A DNA stretch of 64,000 nucleotides from Eledone cirrhosa (taxonomy: Eukaryota): assembly GCA_964016885.1 (NCBI GenBank), contig OZ024740.1, positions 4,774,001 to 4,838,000 of the forward strand, given 5' to 3'. The position numbers and the translations under genes are program-made. Positions 48,801 through 63,241 of the stretch are shown piece after piece. Under the pieces are notes generated by a model. It was not told where the DNA came from. It did not search any database and saw nothing but the letters and a program-made list of their open reading frames with translations. Each line of letters opens with the position of its first letter. Position 1 is the first letter of the stretch.

Positions 48801-51800
48801 AACTCTACTCCAAAGACTCACAACTACCTTCCACACAACTCTACACCAAAGACTCACAACTGCCTTCTACATAACTCTACTCCAAAGACTCACAACTGCC
48901 TTCTACATAACTCTACACCAAAGACTCACAACTACCTTCCACACAACTCTACACCAAAGACTCACAACTGCCTTCTACATAACTCTACACCAAAGACTCA
49001 CAACTGCCTTCTACATAACTCTACTCCAAAGACTCACAACTGCCTTCTACATAACTCTACACCAAAGACTCACAACTACCTTCCACACAACTCTACACCA
49101 AAGACTCACAACTGCCTTCTACATAACTCTACACCAAAGACTCACAACTGCCTTCCACACAACTCTACACCAAAGACTAACAACTACCTTCCACATAACT
49201 CTACTCCAAAGACTCACAACTACCTTCCACACAACTCTACACCAAAGACTCACAACTGCCTTCTACATAACTCTACACCAAAGACTCACAACTGCCTTCT
49301 ACATAACTCTACTCCAAAGACTCACAACTGCCTTCTACATAACTCTACTTTGAAGACTAACAACTACCTTCCACATAACTCTACTCCAAAGACTCACAAC
49401 TACCTTCCACACAACTCTACTCCAAAGACTCACAACTGCCTTCTACATAACTCTACTTTGAAGACTAACAACTACCTTCCACATAACTCTACTCCAAAGA
49501 CTAACAACTACCTTCCACATAACTCTACTCCAAAGACTCACAACTACCTTCCACACAACTCTACACCAAAGACTCACAACTGCCTTCTACATAACTCTAC
49601 TTTGAAGACTAACAACTTCCTTCCACATAACTCTACTCCAAAGACTCACAACTACCTTCCACATAACTCTACTCCAAAGACTAACAACTACCTTCCACAT
49701 AACTCTACTCCAAAGACTAACAACTACCTTCCACATAACTCTACTCCAAAGACTAACAACTACCTTCCACATAACTCTACTCCAAAGACTCACAACTACC
49801 TTCTACATAACTCTACTCCAAAGACTAACAACTACCTTCCACACAACTCTACACCAAAGACTCACAACTACCTTCTACATAACTCTACTCCAAAGACTCA
49901 CAACTACCTTCCACATAACTCTACTCCAAAGACTCACAACTACCTTCCACACAACTCTACTCCAAAGACTCACAACTACCTTCCACATAACTCTACTTTG
50001 AAGACTAACAACTTCCTTCCACATAACTCTACTCCAAAGACTAACAACTACCTTCCACACAACTCTACTCCAAAGACTCACAACTACCTTCTACATAACT
50101 CTACTCCAAAGACTCACAACTACCTTCCACATAACTCTACTCCAAAGACTCACAACTACCTTCCACACAACTCTACTCCAAAGACTCACAACTACCTTCC
50201 ACACAACTCTACTTTGAAGACTAACAACTACCTTCCACACAACTCTACACCAAAGACTCACAACTACCTTCCACATAACTCTACACCAAAGACTCACAAC
50301 TACCTTCCACACAACTCTACTCCAAAGACTCACAACTACCTTCTACATAACTCTACTCCAAAGACTCACAACTACCTTCCACACAACTCTACACCAAAGA
50401 CTCACAACAACCTTCCACATAACTCTACTCCAAAGACTCACAACTACCTTCCACATAACTCTACTCCAAAGACTAACAACTACCTTCCACATAACTCTAC
50501 TCCAAAGACTCACAACTACCTTCCACACAACTCTACACCAAAGACTCACAACTACCTTCCACATAACTCTACTCCAAAGACTAACAACTACCTTCCACAC
50601 AACTCTACACCAAAGACTCACAACTACCTTCCACATAACTCTACTCCAAAGACTAACAACTACCTTCCACACAACTCTACACCAAAGACTCACAACTACC
50701 TTCCACACAACTCTACTCCAAAGACTCACAACTACCTTCCACATAACTCTACTCCAAAGACTCACAACTACCTTCCACATAACTCTACTCCAAAGACTCA
50801 CAACTACCTTCCACATAACTCTACTCCAAAGACTAACAACTACCTTCCACATAACTCTACTCCAAAGACTCACAACTACCTTCCACATAAATCTACTCCA
50901 AAAACTCACAACTACCTTCCACATAACTCTACTCCAAAGACTCACAACTACCTTCCACATAAATCTACTCCAAAAACTCACAACTACCTTCCACATAACT
51001 CTACTTTGAAGACAAACAACTACCTTCCACATAACTCTACTCCAAAGACTCACAACTACCTTCCACACAACTCTACACCAAAGACTCACAACTACCTTCC
51101 ACATAAATCTACTCCAAAAACTCACAACTACCTTCCACATAACTCTACTCCAAAGACTCACAACTACCTTCCACATAACTCTACTCCAAAGACTCACAAC
51201 TACCTTCCACACAACTCTACTCCAAAGACTCACAACTACCTTCCACACAACTCTACTCCAAAGACTCACAACTACCTTCCACATAACTCTACTCCAAAGA
51301 CTCACAACTACCTTCCACACAACTCTACTCCAAAGACTCACAACTACCTTCCACATAACTCTACTCCAAAGACTCACAACTACCTTCCACACAACTCTAC
51401 TCCAAAGACTCACAACTACCTTCCACACAACTCTACTCCAAAGACTCACAACTACCTTCCACATAAATCTACTCCAAAAACTCACAACTACCTTCCACAT
51501 AACTCTACTCCAAAGACTCACAACTACCTTCCACACAACTCTACTTTGAAGACTCACAACTACCTTCCACATAACTCTACTCCAAAGACTAACAACTACC
51601 TTCCACATAACTCTACTCCAAAGACTCACAACTACCTTCCACATAAATCTACTCCAAAAACTCACAACTACCTTCCACACAACTCTACTCCAAAGACTCA
51701 CAACTACCTTCCACATAAATCTACTCCAAAAACTCACAACTACCTTCCACATAACTCTACTCCAAAGACTCACAACTACCTTCCACACAACTCTACTCCA

Positions 51801-54800
51801 AAGACTCACAACTACCTTCCACACAACTCTACTCCAAAGACTCACAACTACCTTCCACACAACTCTACTCCAAAGACTCACAACTACCTTCCACATAACT
51901 CTACTCCAAAGACTCACAACTACCTTCCACACAACTCTACACCAAAGACTCACAACTACCTTCCACATAAATCTACTCCAAAAACTCACAACTACCTTCC
52001 ACATAACTCTACTCCAAAGACTCACAACTACCTTCCACACAACTCTACTTTGAAGACTCACAACTACCTTCCACATAACTCTACTCCAAAGACTCACAAC
52101 TACCTTCCACACAACTCTACTCCAAAGACTCACAACTACCTTCCACATAACTCTACTCCAAAGACTCACAACTACCTTCCACATAACTCTACTCCAAAGA
52201 CTCACAACTACCTTCCACATAACTCTACTCCAAAGACTCACAACTACCTTCCACATAACTCTACTCCAAAGACTCACAACTACCTTCCACATAACTCTAC
52301 TCCAAAGACTAACAACTACCTTCCACATAACTCTACTCCAAAGACTAACAACTACTTCCACATAACTCTACTCCAAAGACTCACAACTACCTTCCACACA
52401 ACTCTACACCAAAGACTCACAACTACCTTCCACACAACTCTACTCCAAAGACTCACAACTACCTTCACACAACTCTACTCCAAAGACTCACAACTACCTT
52501 CCACATAAATCTACTCCAAAGACTCACAACTACCTTCCACACAACTCTACTCCAAAGACTCACAACTACCTTCCACACAACTCTACTCCAAAGACTCACA
52601 ACTACCTTCCACATAACTCTACTCCAAAGACTCACAACTACCTTCCACATAACTCTACTCCAAAGACTCACAACTACCTTCCACACAACTCTACACCAAA
52701 GACTCACAACTACCTTCCACACAACTCTACTCCAAAGACTCACAACTACCTTCCACACAACTCTACTCCAAAGACTCACAACTACCTTCCACACAACTCT
52801 ACACCAAAGACTCACAACTACCTTCCACATAACTCTACTCCAAAAACTCACAACTACCTTCCACATAACTCTACTCCAAAGACTCACAACTACCTTCCAC
52901 ACAACTCTACTTTGAAGACTCACAACTACCTTCCACATAACTCTACTCCAAAGACTCACAACTACCTTCCACACAACTCTACTCCAAAGACTCACAACTA
53001 CCTTCCACACAACTCTACTCCAAAGACTAACAACTACCTTCCACACAACTCTACTCCAAAGACTCACAACTACCTTCCACACAACTCTACTCCAAACACT
53101 CACAACTACCTTCCACATAACTCTACTCCAAACACTCACAACTACCTTCCACATAACTCTACTCCAAAGACTCACAACTACCTTCCACATAACTCTACTC
53201 CAAAGACTCACAACTACCTTCCACATAACTCTACTCCAAAGACTCACAACTACCTTCTACATAACTCTACTCCAAAGACTCACAACTACCTTCCACATAA
53301 CTCTACTCCAAAGACTCACAACTACCTTCCACATAAATCTACTCCAAAGACTCACAACTACCTTCCACACAACTCTACTCCAAAGACTCACAACTACCTT
53401 CCACACAACTCTACTCCAAAGACTCACAACTACCTTCCACATAACTCTACTCCAAAGACTCACAACTACCTTCCACATAACTCTACTCCAAAGACTCACA
53501 ACTACCTTCCACACAACTCTACACCAAAGACTCACAACTACCTTCCACACAACTCTACTCCAAAGACTCACAACTACCTTCCACACAACTCTACTCCAAA
53601 GACTCACAACTACCTTCCACACAACTCTACTCCAAAGACTCACAACTACCTTCCACACAACTCTACTCCAAAGACTCACAACTACCTTCCACATAACTCT
53701 ACTCCAAAGACTCACAACTACCTTCCACACAACTCTACACCAAAGACTAACAACTACCTTCCACATAACTCTACTCCAAAGACTCACAACTACCTTCCAC
53801 ACAACTCTACACCAAACACTCACAACTACCTTCCACACAACTCTACACCAAAGACTCACAACTACCTTCCACACAACTCTACTCCAAAGACTCACAACTA
53901 CCTTCCACACAACTCTACTCCAAAGACTCACAACTACCTTCCACACAACTCTACTCCAAAGACTCACAACTACCTTCCACATAACTCTACTCCAAAGACT
54001 CACAACTACCTTCCACACAACTCTACTCCAAAGACTAACAACTACCTTCCACATAACTCTACTCCAAAGACTAACAACTACTTCCACATAACTCTACTCC
54101 AAAGACTCATAACTACCTTCCACATAACTCTACTCCAAAGACTCACAACTACCTTCCACACAACTCTACTCCAAAGACTAACAACTACTTCCACATAACT
54201 CTACTCCAAAGACTCACAACTACCTTCCACATAACTCTACTCCAAAGACTCACAACTACCTTCCACATAACTCTACTCCAAAGACTAACAACTACTTCCA
54301 CATAACTCTACTCCAAAGACTCACAACTACCTTCCACATAACTCTACTCCAAAGACTCACAACTACCTTCCACATAACTCTACTCCAAAGACTCACAACT
54401 ACCTTCCACATAACTCTACACCAAAGACTCACAACTACCTTCCACATAACTCTACTCCAAAGACTCACAACTACCTTCCACACAACTCTACTCCAAAGAC
54501 TCACAACTACCTTCCACATAACTCTACTCCAAAGACTAACAACTACTTCCACATAACTCTACTCCAAAGACTCACAACTACCTTCCACATAACTCTACTC
54601 CAAAGACTCACAACTACCTTCCACATAACTCTACTCCAAAGACTCACAACTACCTTCCACATAACTCTACACCAAAGACTCACAACTACCTTCCACATAA
54701 CTCTACTCCAAAGACTCACAACTACCTTCCACATAACTCTACTCCAAAGACTCACAACTACCTTCCACATAACTCTACTCCAAAGACTCACAACTACCTT

Positions 54801-57800
54801 CCACATAACTCTACTCCAAAGACTCACAACTACCTTCCACATAACTCTACACCAAAGACTCACAACTACCTTCCACATAACTCTACTCCAAAGACTCACA
54901 ACTACCTTCCACATAACTCTACTCCAAAGACTCACAACTACCTTCCACATAACTCTACACCAAAGACTCACAACTACCTTCCACATAACTCTACTCCAAA
55001 GACTCACAACTACCTTCCACATAACTCTACTCCAAAGACTCACAACTACCTTCCACATAACTCTACTCCAAAGACTCACAACTACCTTCCACATAACTCT
55101 ACACCAAAGACTCACAACTACCTTCCACATAACTCTACTCCAAAGACTCACAACTACCTTCCACATAACTCTACACCAAAGACTCACAACTACCTTCCAC
55201 ACAACTCTACTCCAAAGACTCACAACTACCTTCCACACAACTCTACTCCAAAGACTCACAACTACCTTCCACACAACTCTACTCCAAAGACTCACAACTA
55301 CCTTCCACACAACTCTACACCAAAGACTCACAACTACCTTCCACATAACTCTACTCCAAAAACTCACAACTACCTTCCACATAACTCTACTCCAAAGACT
55401 CACAACTACCTTCCACATAACTCTACACCAAAGACTCACAACTACCTTCCACATAACTCTACTCCAAAGACTCACAACTACCTTCCACATAACTCTACAC
55501 CAAAGACTCACAACTACCTTCCACACAACTCTACTCCAAAGACTCACAACTACCTTCCACATAACTCTACTCCAAAGACTCACAACTACCTTCCACACAA
55601 CTCTACTCCAAAGACTCACAACTACCTTCCACACAACTCTACTCCAAAGACTCACAACTACCTTCCACACAACTCTACTCCAAAGACTCACAACTACCTT
55701 CCACACAACTCTACTCCAAAGACTCACAACTACCTTCCACATAACTCTACTCCAAAGACTCACAACTACCTTCCACATAACTCTACTCCAAAGACTCACA
55801 ACTACCTTCCACACAACTCTACTCCAAAGACTCACAACTACCTTCCACACAACTCTACTCCAAAGACTCACAACTACCTTCCACACAACTCTACACCAAA
55901 GACTCACAACTACCTTCCACATAACTCTACTCCAAAGACTCACAACTACCTTCCACACAACTCTACTCCAAAGACTCACAACTACCTTCCACACAACTCT
56001 ACTCCAAAGACTCACAACTACCTTCCACACAACTCTACACCAAAGACTCACAACTACCTTCCACATAACTCTACTCCAAAAACTCACAACTACCTTCCAC
56101 ATAACTCTACTCCAAAGACTCACAACTACCTTCCACACAACTCTACTCCAAAGACTCACAACTACCTTCCACACAACTCTACTCCAAAGACTCACAACTA
56201 CCTTCCACACAACTCTACTTTGAAGACTCACAACTACCTTCCACATAACTCTACTCCAAAGACTCACAACTACCTTCCACACAACTCTACTCCAAAGACT
56301 CACAACTACCTTCCACACAACTCTACTCCAAAGACTAACAACTACCTTCCACACAACTCTACTCCAAAGACTAACAACTACCTTCCACATAACTCTACTC
56401 CAAAGACTAACAACTACTTCCACATAACTCTACTCCAAAGACTAACAACTACTTCCACATAACTCTACTCCAAAGACTAACAACTACCTTCCACATAACT
56501 CTACTCCAAAGACTCACAACTACCTTCCACACAACTCTACTCCAAAGACTCACAACTACCTTCCACATAACTCTACTCCAAAGACTAACAACTACCTTCC
56601 ACATAACTCTACTCCAAAGACTCACAACTACCTTCCACATAACTCTACACCAAAGACTCACAACTACCTTCCACATAAATCTACTCCAAAGACTCACAAC
56701 TACCTTCCACATAACTCTACTCCAAAGACTCACAACTACCTTCCACATAACTCTACTCCAAAGACTCACAACTACCTTCCACATAACTCTACTCCAAAGA
56801 CTCACAACTACCTTCCACATAACTCTACACCAAAGACTCACAACTACCTTCCACATAAATCTACTCCAAAGACTCACAACTACCTTCCACATAACTCTAC
56901 TCCAAAGACTCACAACTACCTTCCACATAACTCTACACCAAAGACTCACAACTACCTTCCACATAAATCTACTCCAAAGACTCACAACTACCTTCCACAT
57001 AACTCTACTCCAAAGACTCACAACTACCTTCCACATAACTCTACACCAAAGACTCACAACTACCTTCCACATAACTCTACTCCAAAGACTCACAACTACC
57101 TTCCACATAACTCTACACCAAAGACTCACAACTACCTTCCACATAACTCTACACCAAAGACTCACAACTACCTTCCACACAACTCTACTCCAAAGACTCA
57201 CAACTACCTTCCACACAACTCTACTCCAAAGACTCACAACTACCTTCCACATAACTCTACTCCAAAGACTCACAACTACCTTCCACATAACTCTACTCCA
57301 AAGACTCACAACTACTTCCACATAACTCTACTCCAAAGACTCACAACTACCTTCCACATAACTCTACACCAAAGACTCACAACTACCTTCCACATAACTC
57401 TACACCAAAGACTCACAACTACCTTCCACATAACTCTACACCAAAGACTCACAACTACCTTCCACACAACTCTACTCCAAAGACTCACAACTACCTTCCA
57501 CATAACTCTACTCCAAAGACTCACAACTACCTTCCACATAACTCTACACCAAAGACTCACAACTACCTTCCACATAACTCTACTCCAAAGACTCACAACT
57601 ACCTTCCACATAACTCTACACCAAAGACTCACAACTACCTTCCACATAACTCTACTCCAAAGACTCACAACTACCTTCCACATAACTCTACTCCAAAGAC
57701 TCACAACTACCTTCCACACAACTCTACTCCAAAGACTCACAACTACTTCCACATAACTCTACTCCAAAGACTCACAACTACCTTCCACATAACTCTACTC

Positions 57801-60800
57801 CAAAGACTCACAACTACTTCCACATAACTCTACTCCAAAGACTCACAACTACCTTCCACATAACTCTACTCCAAAGACTCACAACTACCTTCCACATAAC
57901 TCTACACCAAAGACTCACAACTACCTTCCACATAACTCTACACCAAAGACTCACAACTACCTTCCACACAACTCTACTCCAAAGACTCACAACTACCTTC
58001 CACATAACTCTACTCCAAAGACTCACAACTACCTTCCACATAACTCTACTCCAAAGACTAACAACTACTTCCACATAACTCTACTCCAAAGACTCACAAC
58101 TACCTTCCACATAACTCTACTCCAAAGACTCACAACTACCTTCCACATAACTCTACTCCAAAGACTCACAACTACCTTCCACATAACTCTACTCCAAAGA
58201 CTCACAACTACCTTCCACATAACTCTACTCCAAAGACTCACAACTACCTTCCACATAACTCTACTCCAAAGACTCACAACTACCTTCCACATAACTCTAC
58301 TCCAAAGACTCACAACTACTTTCCACATAACTCTACTCCAAAGACTCACAACTACCTTCCACATAACTCTACTCCAAAGACTCACAACTACCTTCCACAT
58401 AACTCTACACCAAAGACTCACAACTACCTTCCACATAACTCTACTCCAAAGACTCACAACTACCTTCCACATAACTCTACTCCAAAGACTCACAACTACC
58501 TTCCACATAACTCTACTCCAAAGACTCACAACTACCTTCCACATAACTCTACTCCAAAGACTCACAACTACCTTCCACATAACTCTACACCAAAGACTCA
58601 CAACTACCTTCCACATAACTCTACTCCAAAGACTCACAACTACCTTCCACACAACTCTACTCCAAAGACTCACAACTACCTTCCACATAACTCTACTCCA
58701 AAGACTAACAACTACTTCCACATAACTCTACTCCAAAGACTCACAACTACCTTCCACACAACTCTACTCCAAAGACTCACAACTACCTTCCACATAACTC
58801 TACTCCAAAGACTAACAACTACTTCCACATAACTCTACTCCAAAGACTCACAACTACCTTCCACATAACTCTACTCCAAAGACTCACAACTACCTTCCAC
58901 ATAACTCTACTCCAAAGACTAACAACTACTTCCACATAACTCTACTCCAAAGACTCACAACTACCTTCCACATAACTCTACTCCAAAGACTCACAACTAC
59001 CTTCCACATAACTCTACTCCAAAGACTAACAACTACTTCCACATAACTCTACTCCAAAGACTCACAACTACCTTCCACACAACTCTACTCCAAAGACTCA
59101 CAACTACCTTCCACATAACTCTACTCCAAAGACTAACAACTACTTCCACATAACTCTACTCCAAAGACTAACAACTACCTTCCACATAACTCTACTCCAA
59201 AGACTAACAACTACTTCCACATAACTCTACTCCAAAGACTCACAACTACCTTCCACACAACTCTACTCCAAAGACTCACAACTACCTTCCACACAACTCT
59301 ACTCCAAAGACTAACAACTACTTCCACATAACTCTACTCCAAAGACTCACAACTACCTTCCACACAACTCTACTCCAAAGACTCACAACTACCTTCCACA
59401 CAACTCTACTCCAAAGACTCACAACTACCTTCCACATAACTCTACTCCAAAGACTAACAACTACTTCCACATAACTCTACTCCAAAGACTCACAACTACC
59501 TTCCACACAACTCTACTCCAAAGACTCACAACTACCTTCCACATAACTCTACTCCAAAGACTCACAACTACCTTCCACATAACTCTACTCCAAAGACTCA
59601 CAACTACCTTCCACATAACTCTACACCAAAGACTCACAACTACCTTCCACATAACTCTACTCCAAAGACTCACAACTACCTTCCACATAACTCTACTCCA
59701 AAGACTCACAACTACCTTCCACATAACTCTACACCAAAGACTCACAACTACCTTCCACATAACTCTACTCCAAAGACTCACAACTACCTTCCACATAACT
59801 CTACTCCAAAGACTCACAACTACCTTCCACATAACTCTACACCAAAGACTCACAACTACCTTCCACACAACTCTACTCCAAAGACTCACAACTACCTTCC
59901 ACATAACTCTACTCCAAAGACTCACAACTACCTTCCACATAACTCTACTCCAAAGACTCACAACTACCTTCCACATAACTCTACTCCAAAGACTCACAAC
60001 TACCTTCCACATAACTCTACTCCAAAGACTCACAACTACCTTCCACATAACTCTACTCCAAAGACTCACAACTACCTTCCACATAACTCTACACCAAAGA
60101 CTCACAACTACCTTCCACACAACTCTACTCCAAAGACTCACAACTACCTTCCACATAACTCTACTCCAAAGACTAACAACTACTTCCACATAACTCTACT
60201 CCAAAGACTCACAACTACCTTCCACATAACTCTACTCCAAAGACTCACAACTACCTTCCACATAACTCTACTCCAAAGACTCACAACTACCTTCCACATA
60301 ACTCTACACCAAAGACTCACAACTACCTTCCACATAACTCTACTCCAAAGACTCACAACTACCTTCCACATAACTCTACTCCAAAGACTCACAACTACCT
60401 TCCACATAACTCTACACCAAAGACTCACAACTACCTTCCACACAACTCTACTCCAAAGACTCACAACTACCTTCCACATAACTCTACTCCAAAGACTCAC
60501 AACTACCTTCCACATAACTCTACACCAAAGACTCACAACTACCTTCCACACAACTCTACTCCAAAGACTCACAACTACCTTCCACATAACTCTACACCAA
60601 AGACTCACAACTACCTTCCACACAACTCTACTCCAAAGACTCACAACTACCTTCCACATAACTCTACACCAAAGACTCACAACTACCTTCCACACAACTC
60701 TACTCCAAAGACTCACAACTACCTTCCACATAACTCTACTCCAAAGACTCACAACTACCTTCCACACAACTCTACACCAAAGACTCACAACTACCTTCCA

Positions 60801-60821
60801 CACAACTCTACTCCAAAGACT
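18821..60821. repeat. 36-bp tandem satellite CTCCAAAGACTCACAACTACCTTCCACATAACTCTA, ~42 kb, about 1170 monomers
   Basis: Uninterrupted 36-bp periodicity with occasional 35-bp monomers; a degenerate partial monomer lies at 18803-18820. Confidence 0.99.
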
Positions 60822-60867
60822 TAGTGAGTATGATGAAAACACCTAAACAGAATGACTTCCAAGTTTC

Positions 60868-61864
60868 TGGTTGATATTTATTATCGCCCTCCAAGCTATA
60901 ACAGAGGAGTTCAAGACCGGCTGCCCATGGGGACTTCTATACACAGACGATCTAACGCTCATAGCTGAATCAATGGCTGAACTTGAGAAGAAATTCCAAA
61001 CATGGAAGCATGGTTTAGAATCAAAAGGCCTTAAAGTTAACTTGTCTATGACTAAAGTCCTAAGATGTAGGAAGGAGAATAGGGCACTGGTCCCATCTGG
61101 GAAATGGCCATGCTCAGTGTGTAGGAAAGGGGTAGGCAGAAACTCCATATTATGTCCCAAATTCAAAGTATGGGTGCATAAAAGAAGTAGTGGGATCACA
61201 GGTAAGCTAAGTAAGATATAGATTTTATATGTGGCCGGTGCTCTGGTGCAATAAGTAGCAGCAAATGTGCACAGAATACTAGCTCATTCCATTGCCCAGA
61301 TGGTTCTATAGATGTAGTCGACACCTTCCGTTACCTGGGTGACAAACTCAGCGGTGGTGGAGGGGGCTCCGAAAGTACTGTAGCTATAGTGAGAACGGGA
61401 TGGAAAAATTTCAGACGATGTCACTGGACCGAGGTCTTTGGCGCTACACATTAATACAGAAGACCCGCCTTGCCTAAGTACAAAGCGAAACCTACAGTCA
61501 GTAGGCACCTCTTAACCAAAATACACCTCCGTCCCACTAACCCTACCCCACCGCCATCCACACCACCCCTTTTGATGTAAAGCTATGTTGGTACCACAAC
61601 ATCAAGTCCTAAATAAATGAGGTCGTGTAGGTGTCATGACAAAAAAACACACAGTCCACGTTGTAATGTGGCCGTGTAGGTAACACGGTAAAAACCTCCC
61701 AGTCCACTCTGTAAACGGGGTTGGTGTTAGGAAGGGAATCCAGCCGTAGAAAACCCGCCAGACAGTCCTGAGCAAGACAACCAATCTTGCTTCAAGTGGG
61801 ACAATTCCCGTCCAGACCCATGCTAGCGTGGAAGATGGACTTTAAACGATGATGATGATGATTA

Positions 61865-61869
<5 letters not shown>
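60868..61869 (+). mobile_element. 5'-truncated, internally deleted RTE-clade LINE with 3' UTR and (GAT)n tail
   Basis: IFIIALQ...PWGLLYTDDL...GLKVNLSMTK...WPCSVC...WVHKR, frameshift, FRYLG...RTGWKNFR, jump to DRGLWR...*, then UTR ending ggactttaaacgatgatgatgat. Confidence 0.9.

Positions 61870-61894
<25 letters not shown>
61868..61894. repeat. (AT)n microsatellite
   Basis: Direct reading. Confidence 0.95.
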
Positions 61895-61903
<9 letters not shown>

Positions 61904-62060
61904 CAATATCGGAGAAAGCTTTTTAGCGATACTCCGGCCAAATTCCAACTCACTCAACAAACATTAGAAAATAAGTGATTATATTCCCAATTATGTGTTC
62001 GGGTTGCTAACTAAAAGTATTGCGTGGAAAATTGGCTGTATTATTTCAAATAAGACATAG

Positions 62061-62063
<3 letters not shown>

Positions 62064-62102
<39 letters not shown>

Positions 62103-62130
62103 CCAGATATGATATATATATATATATATA

Positions 62131-62207
<77 letters not shown>

Positions 62208-62356
62208 GTATATATATATATATATGAAACAGACATGATATATATATATATGAGCATATATATATATATATATTTGGGGGGTGGGAGTGCTATTTTTGTT
62301 TGTATGTAATATGTATGTATGTATGGATGTATGTGTGTGTGTATGTGTGTACACAC
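62064..62356. repeat. Interrupted (AT)n and (TATG/TG)n microsatellites
   Basis: Direct reading. Confidence 0.93.
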
Positions 62357-62784
62357 AAAAGTCCCCCCCCCCCTCCTCCACATTGATTTTATTGATTTAT
62401 CGTTATTGAATGGCTGTTATGCTTATTTTGCCACAACACGAATTTTACACTCGGTGGATATAATTTCACTGAACCAGTCTTGAGATAAAAATAGATTTGA
62501 ACCCCCATTGATTTTCTTGAATAGTGAGACTGTCATGTGTTTATTGTACATAAACATATTTTGTGTATATATATATAGTTATGTAATAAACAACATAAGA
62601 TAATTATTCCATTTTCCAAAGGTTTCAGGAAGACAGACGAGCTTGAACAGACGTCTCAAATTACTCATCAGAATAATTGTTTATGTTCTTTATTACATAA
62701 CTAAATAGCTCTGTAGTCTACATAGAGCACTCTCCTTTCTTTTACCTTTCCTACGGAAACACTTAATATATATATATATAACCC

Positions 62785-62908
62785 AAGCTCACAGAGGAGA
62801 TGAGGGACCGTGACGAATGGAGAGATGCTGTGCTGAAGAGGACCTGTCCCACCCTTGCAAGCATCGAAAAATGGACGTAAAATGAATGGTGATGATGATG
62901 ATGATGAT
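62785..62908 (+). mobile_element. Extreme 3' end of an RTE LINE with (GAT)n tail
   Basis: LTEEMRDRDEWRDAV (DRxxWR motif), then aaaatggacgtaaaatga and (GAT)6. Confidence 0.7.
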
Positions 62909-63088
62909 CATCATCACCGTTTTAAGTCCATTCTTCCACGCTAGCATGGATTTGACAGGTTGTCCTGTTGTGGGCAGTGTCCGTTCGGCTGACCTTGTCT
63001 TGCTCATACAGGAACTGATTCTGGCTTGATTTCTACAGCTGAATTCCCTTCCTAACACCAACCTCATTTACAGTGAGTAATGGGTGCT
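62909..63088 (-). mobile_element. RTE-3'UTR-related retroposon or SINE
   Basis: The reverse complement carries ggtgttaggaagggaattcagctgtagaaa...ccatgctagcgtggaagaatggacttaaaacggtgatgatg, homologous to 61720-61860. Confidence 0.8.
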
Positions 63089-63152
63089 GGATCATGATTA
63101 TGGCAATAATAATAAAAAGGACGATTCGTTATGTCTTCATTATGTTTATTGA

Positions 63153-63241
63153 GTGGCGACACATGTTTCGCTATTGATCAGTTCAAGGTTTGGTCTGTAT
63201 CGATCTAGCCCGACTTTGGAATCAAAAGCTTGTCGGTCCAC
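63153..63241 (-). ncRNA. Decayed type I hammerhead ribozyme
   Basis: GUGGA-CCGACAA-GCUUUUGAUU...GAUCAAUAGC-GAAA-CAUGUG-UC-GCCAC, then AAUAAA. The core differs from CUGACGA by two transitions. Confidence 0.55.

Noticed and set aside
18821-60821. 36-bp repeat length resembles a CRISPR direct repeat
   Set aside because: The monomers are head-to-tail with no spacers, there are no cas genes, and the context is eukaryotic.
18770-60830. Acceptor-like TTTATAG (ending 18783) before the array and donor-like GTGAGT (60824) after it
   Set aside because: These are short common motifs, every frame stops early in the array, and no other exons are visible. Spliced reads would be needed.
18788-60842. ORFs up to 1580 aa (KTHNYLPHNSTP, QRLTTTFHITLL, SLWSRVMWKVVV) suggesting a mucin-like repeat protein
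   Set aside because: Several frames are open at once, 35-bp monomers shift frame often, and stop-creating variants have spread freely, so no frame is preserved.
62600-62690. Minus-strand CTGATGA...GAAA resembling a hammerhead
   Set aside because: There is no UH cleavage site after the putative stem III, and stems I and II do not close on the core.
62834-62872. CTGAAGA...GAAA on the plus strand
   Set aside because: There are no supporting stems and it lies within an RTE coding end.
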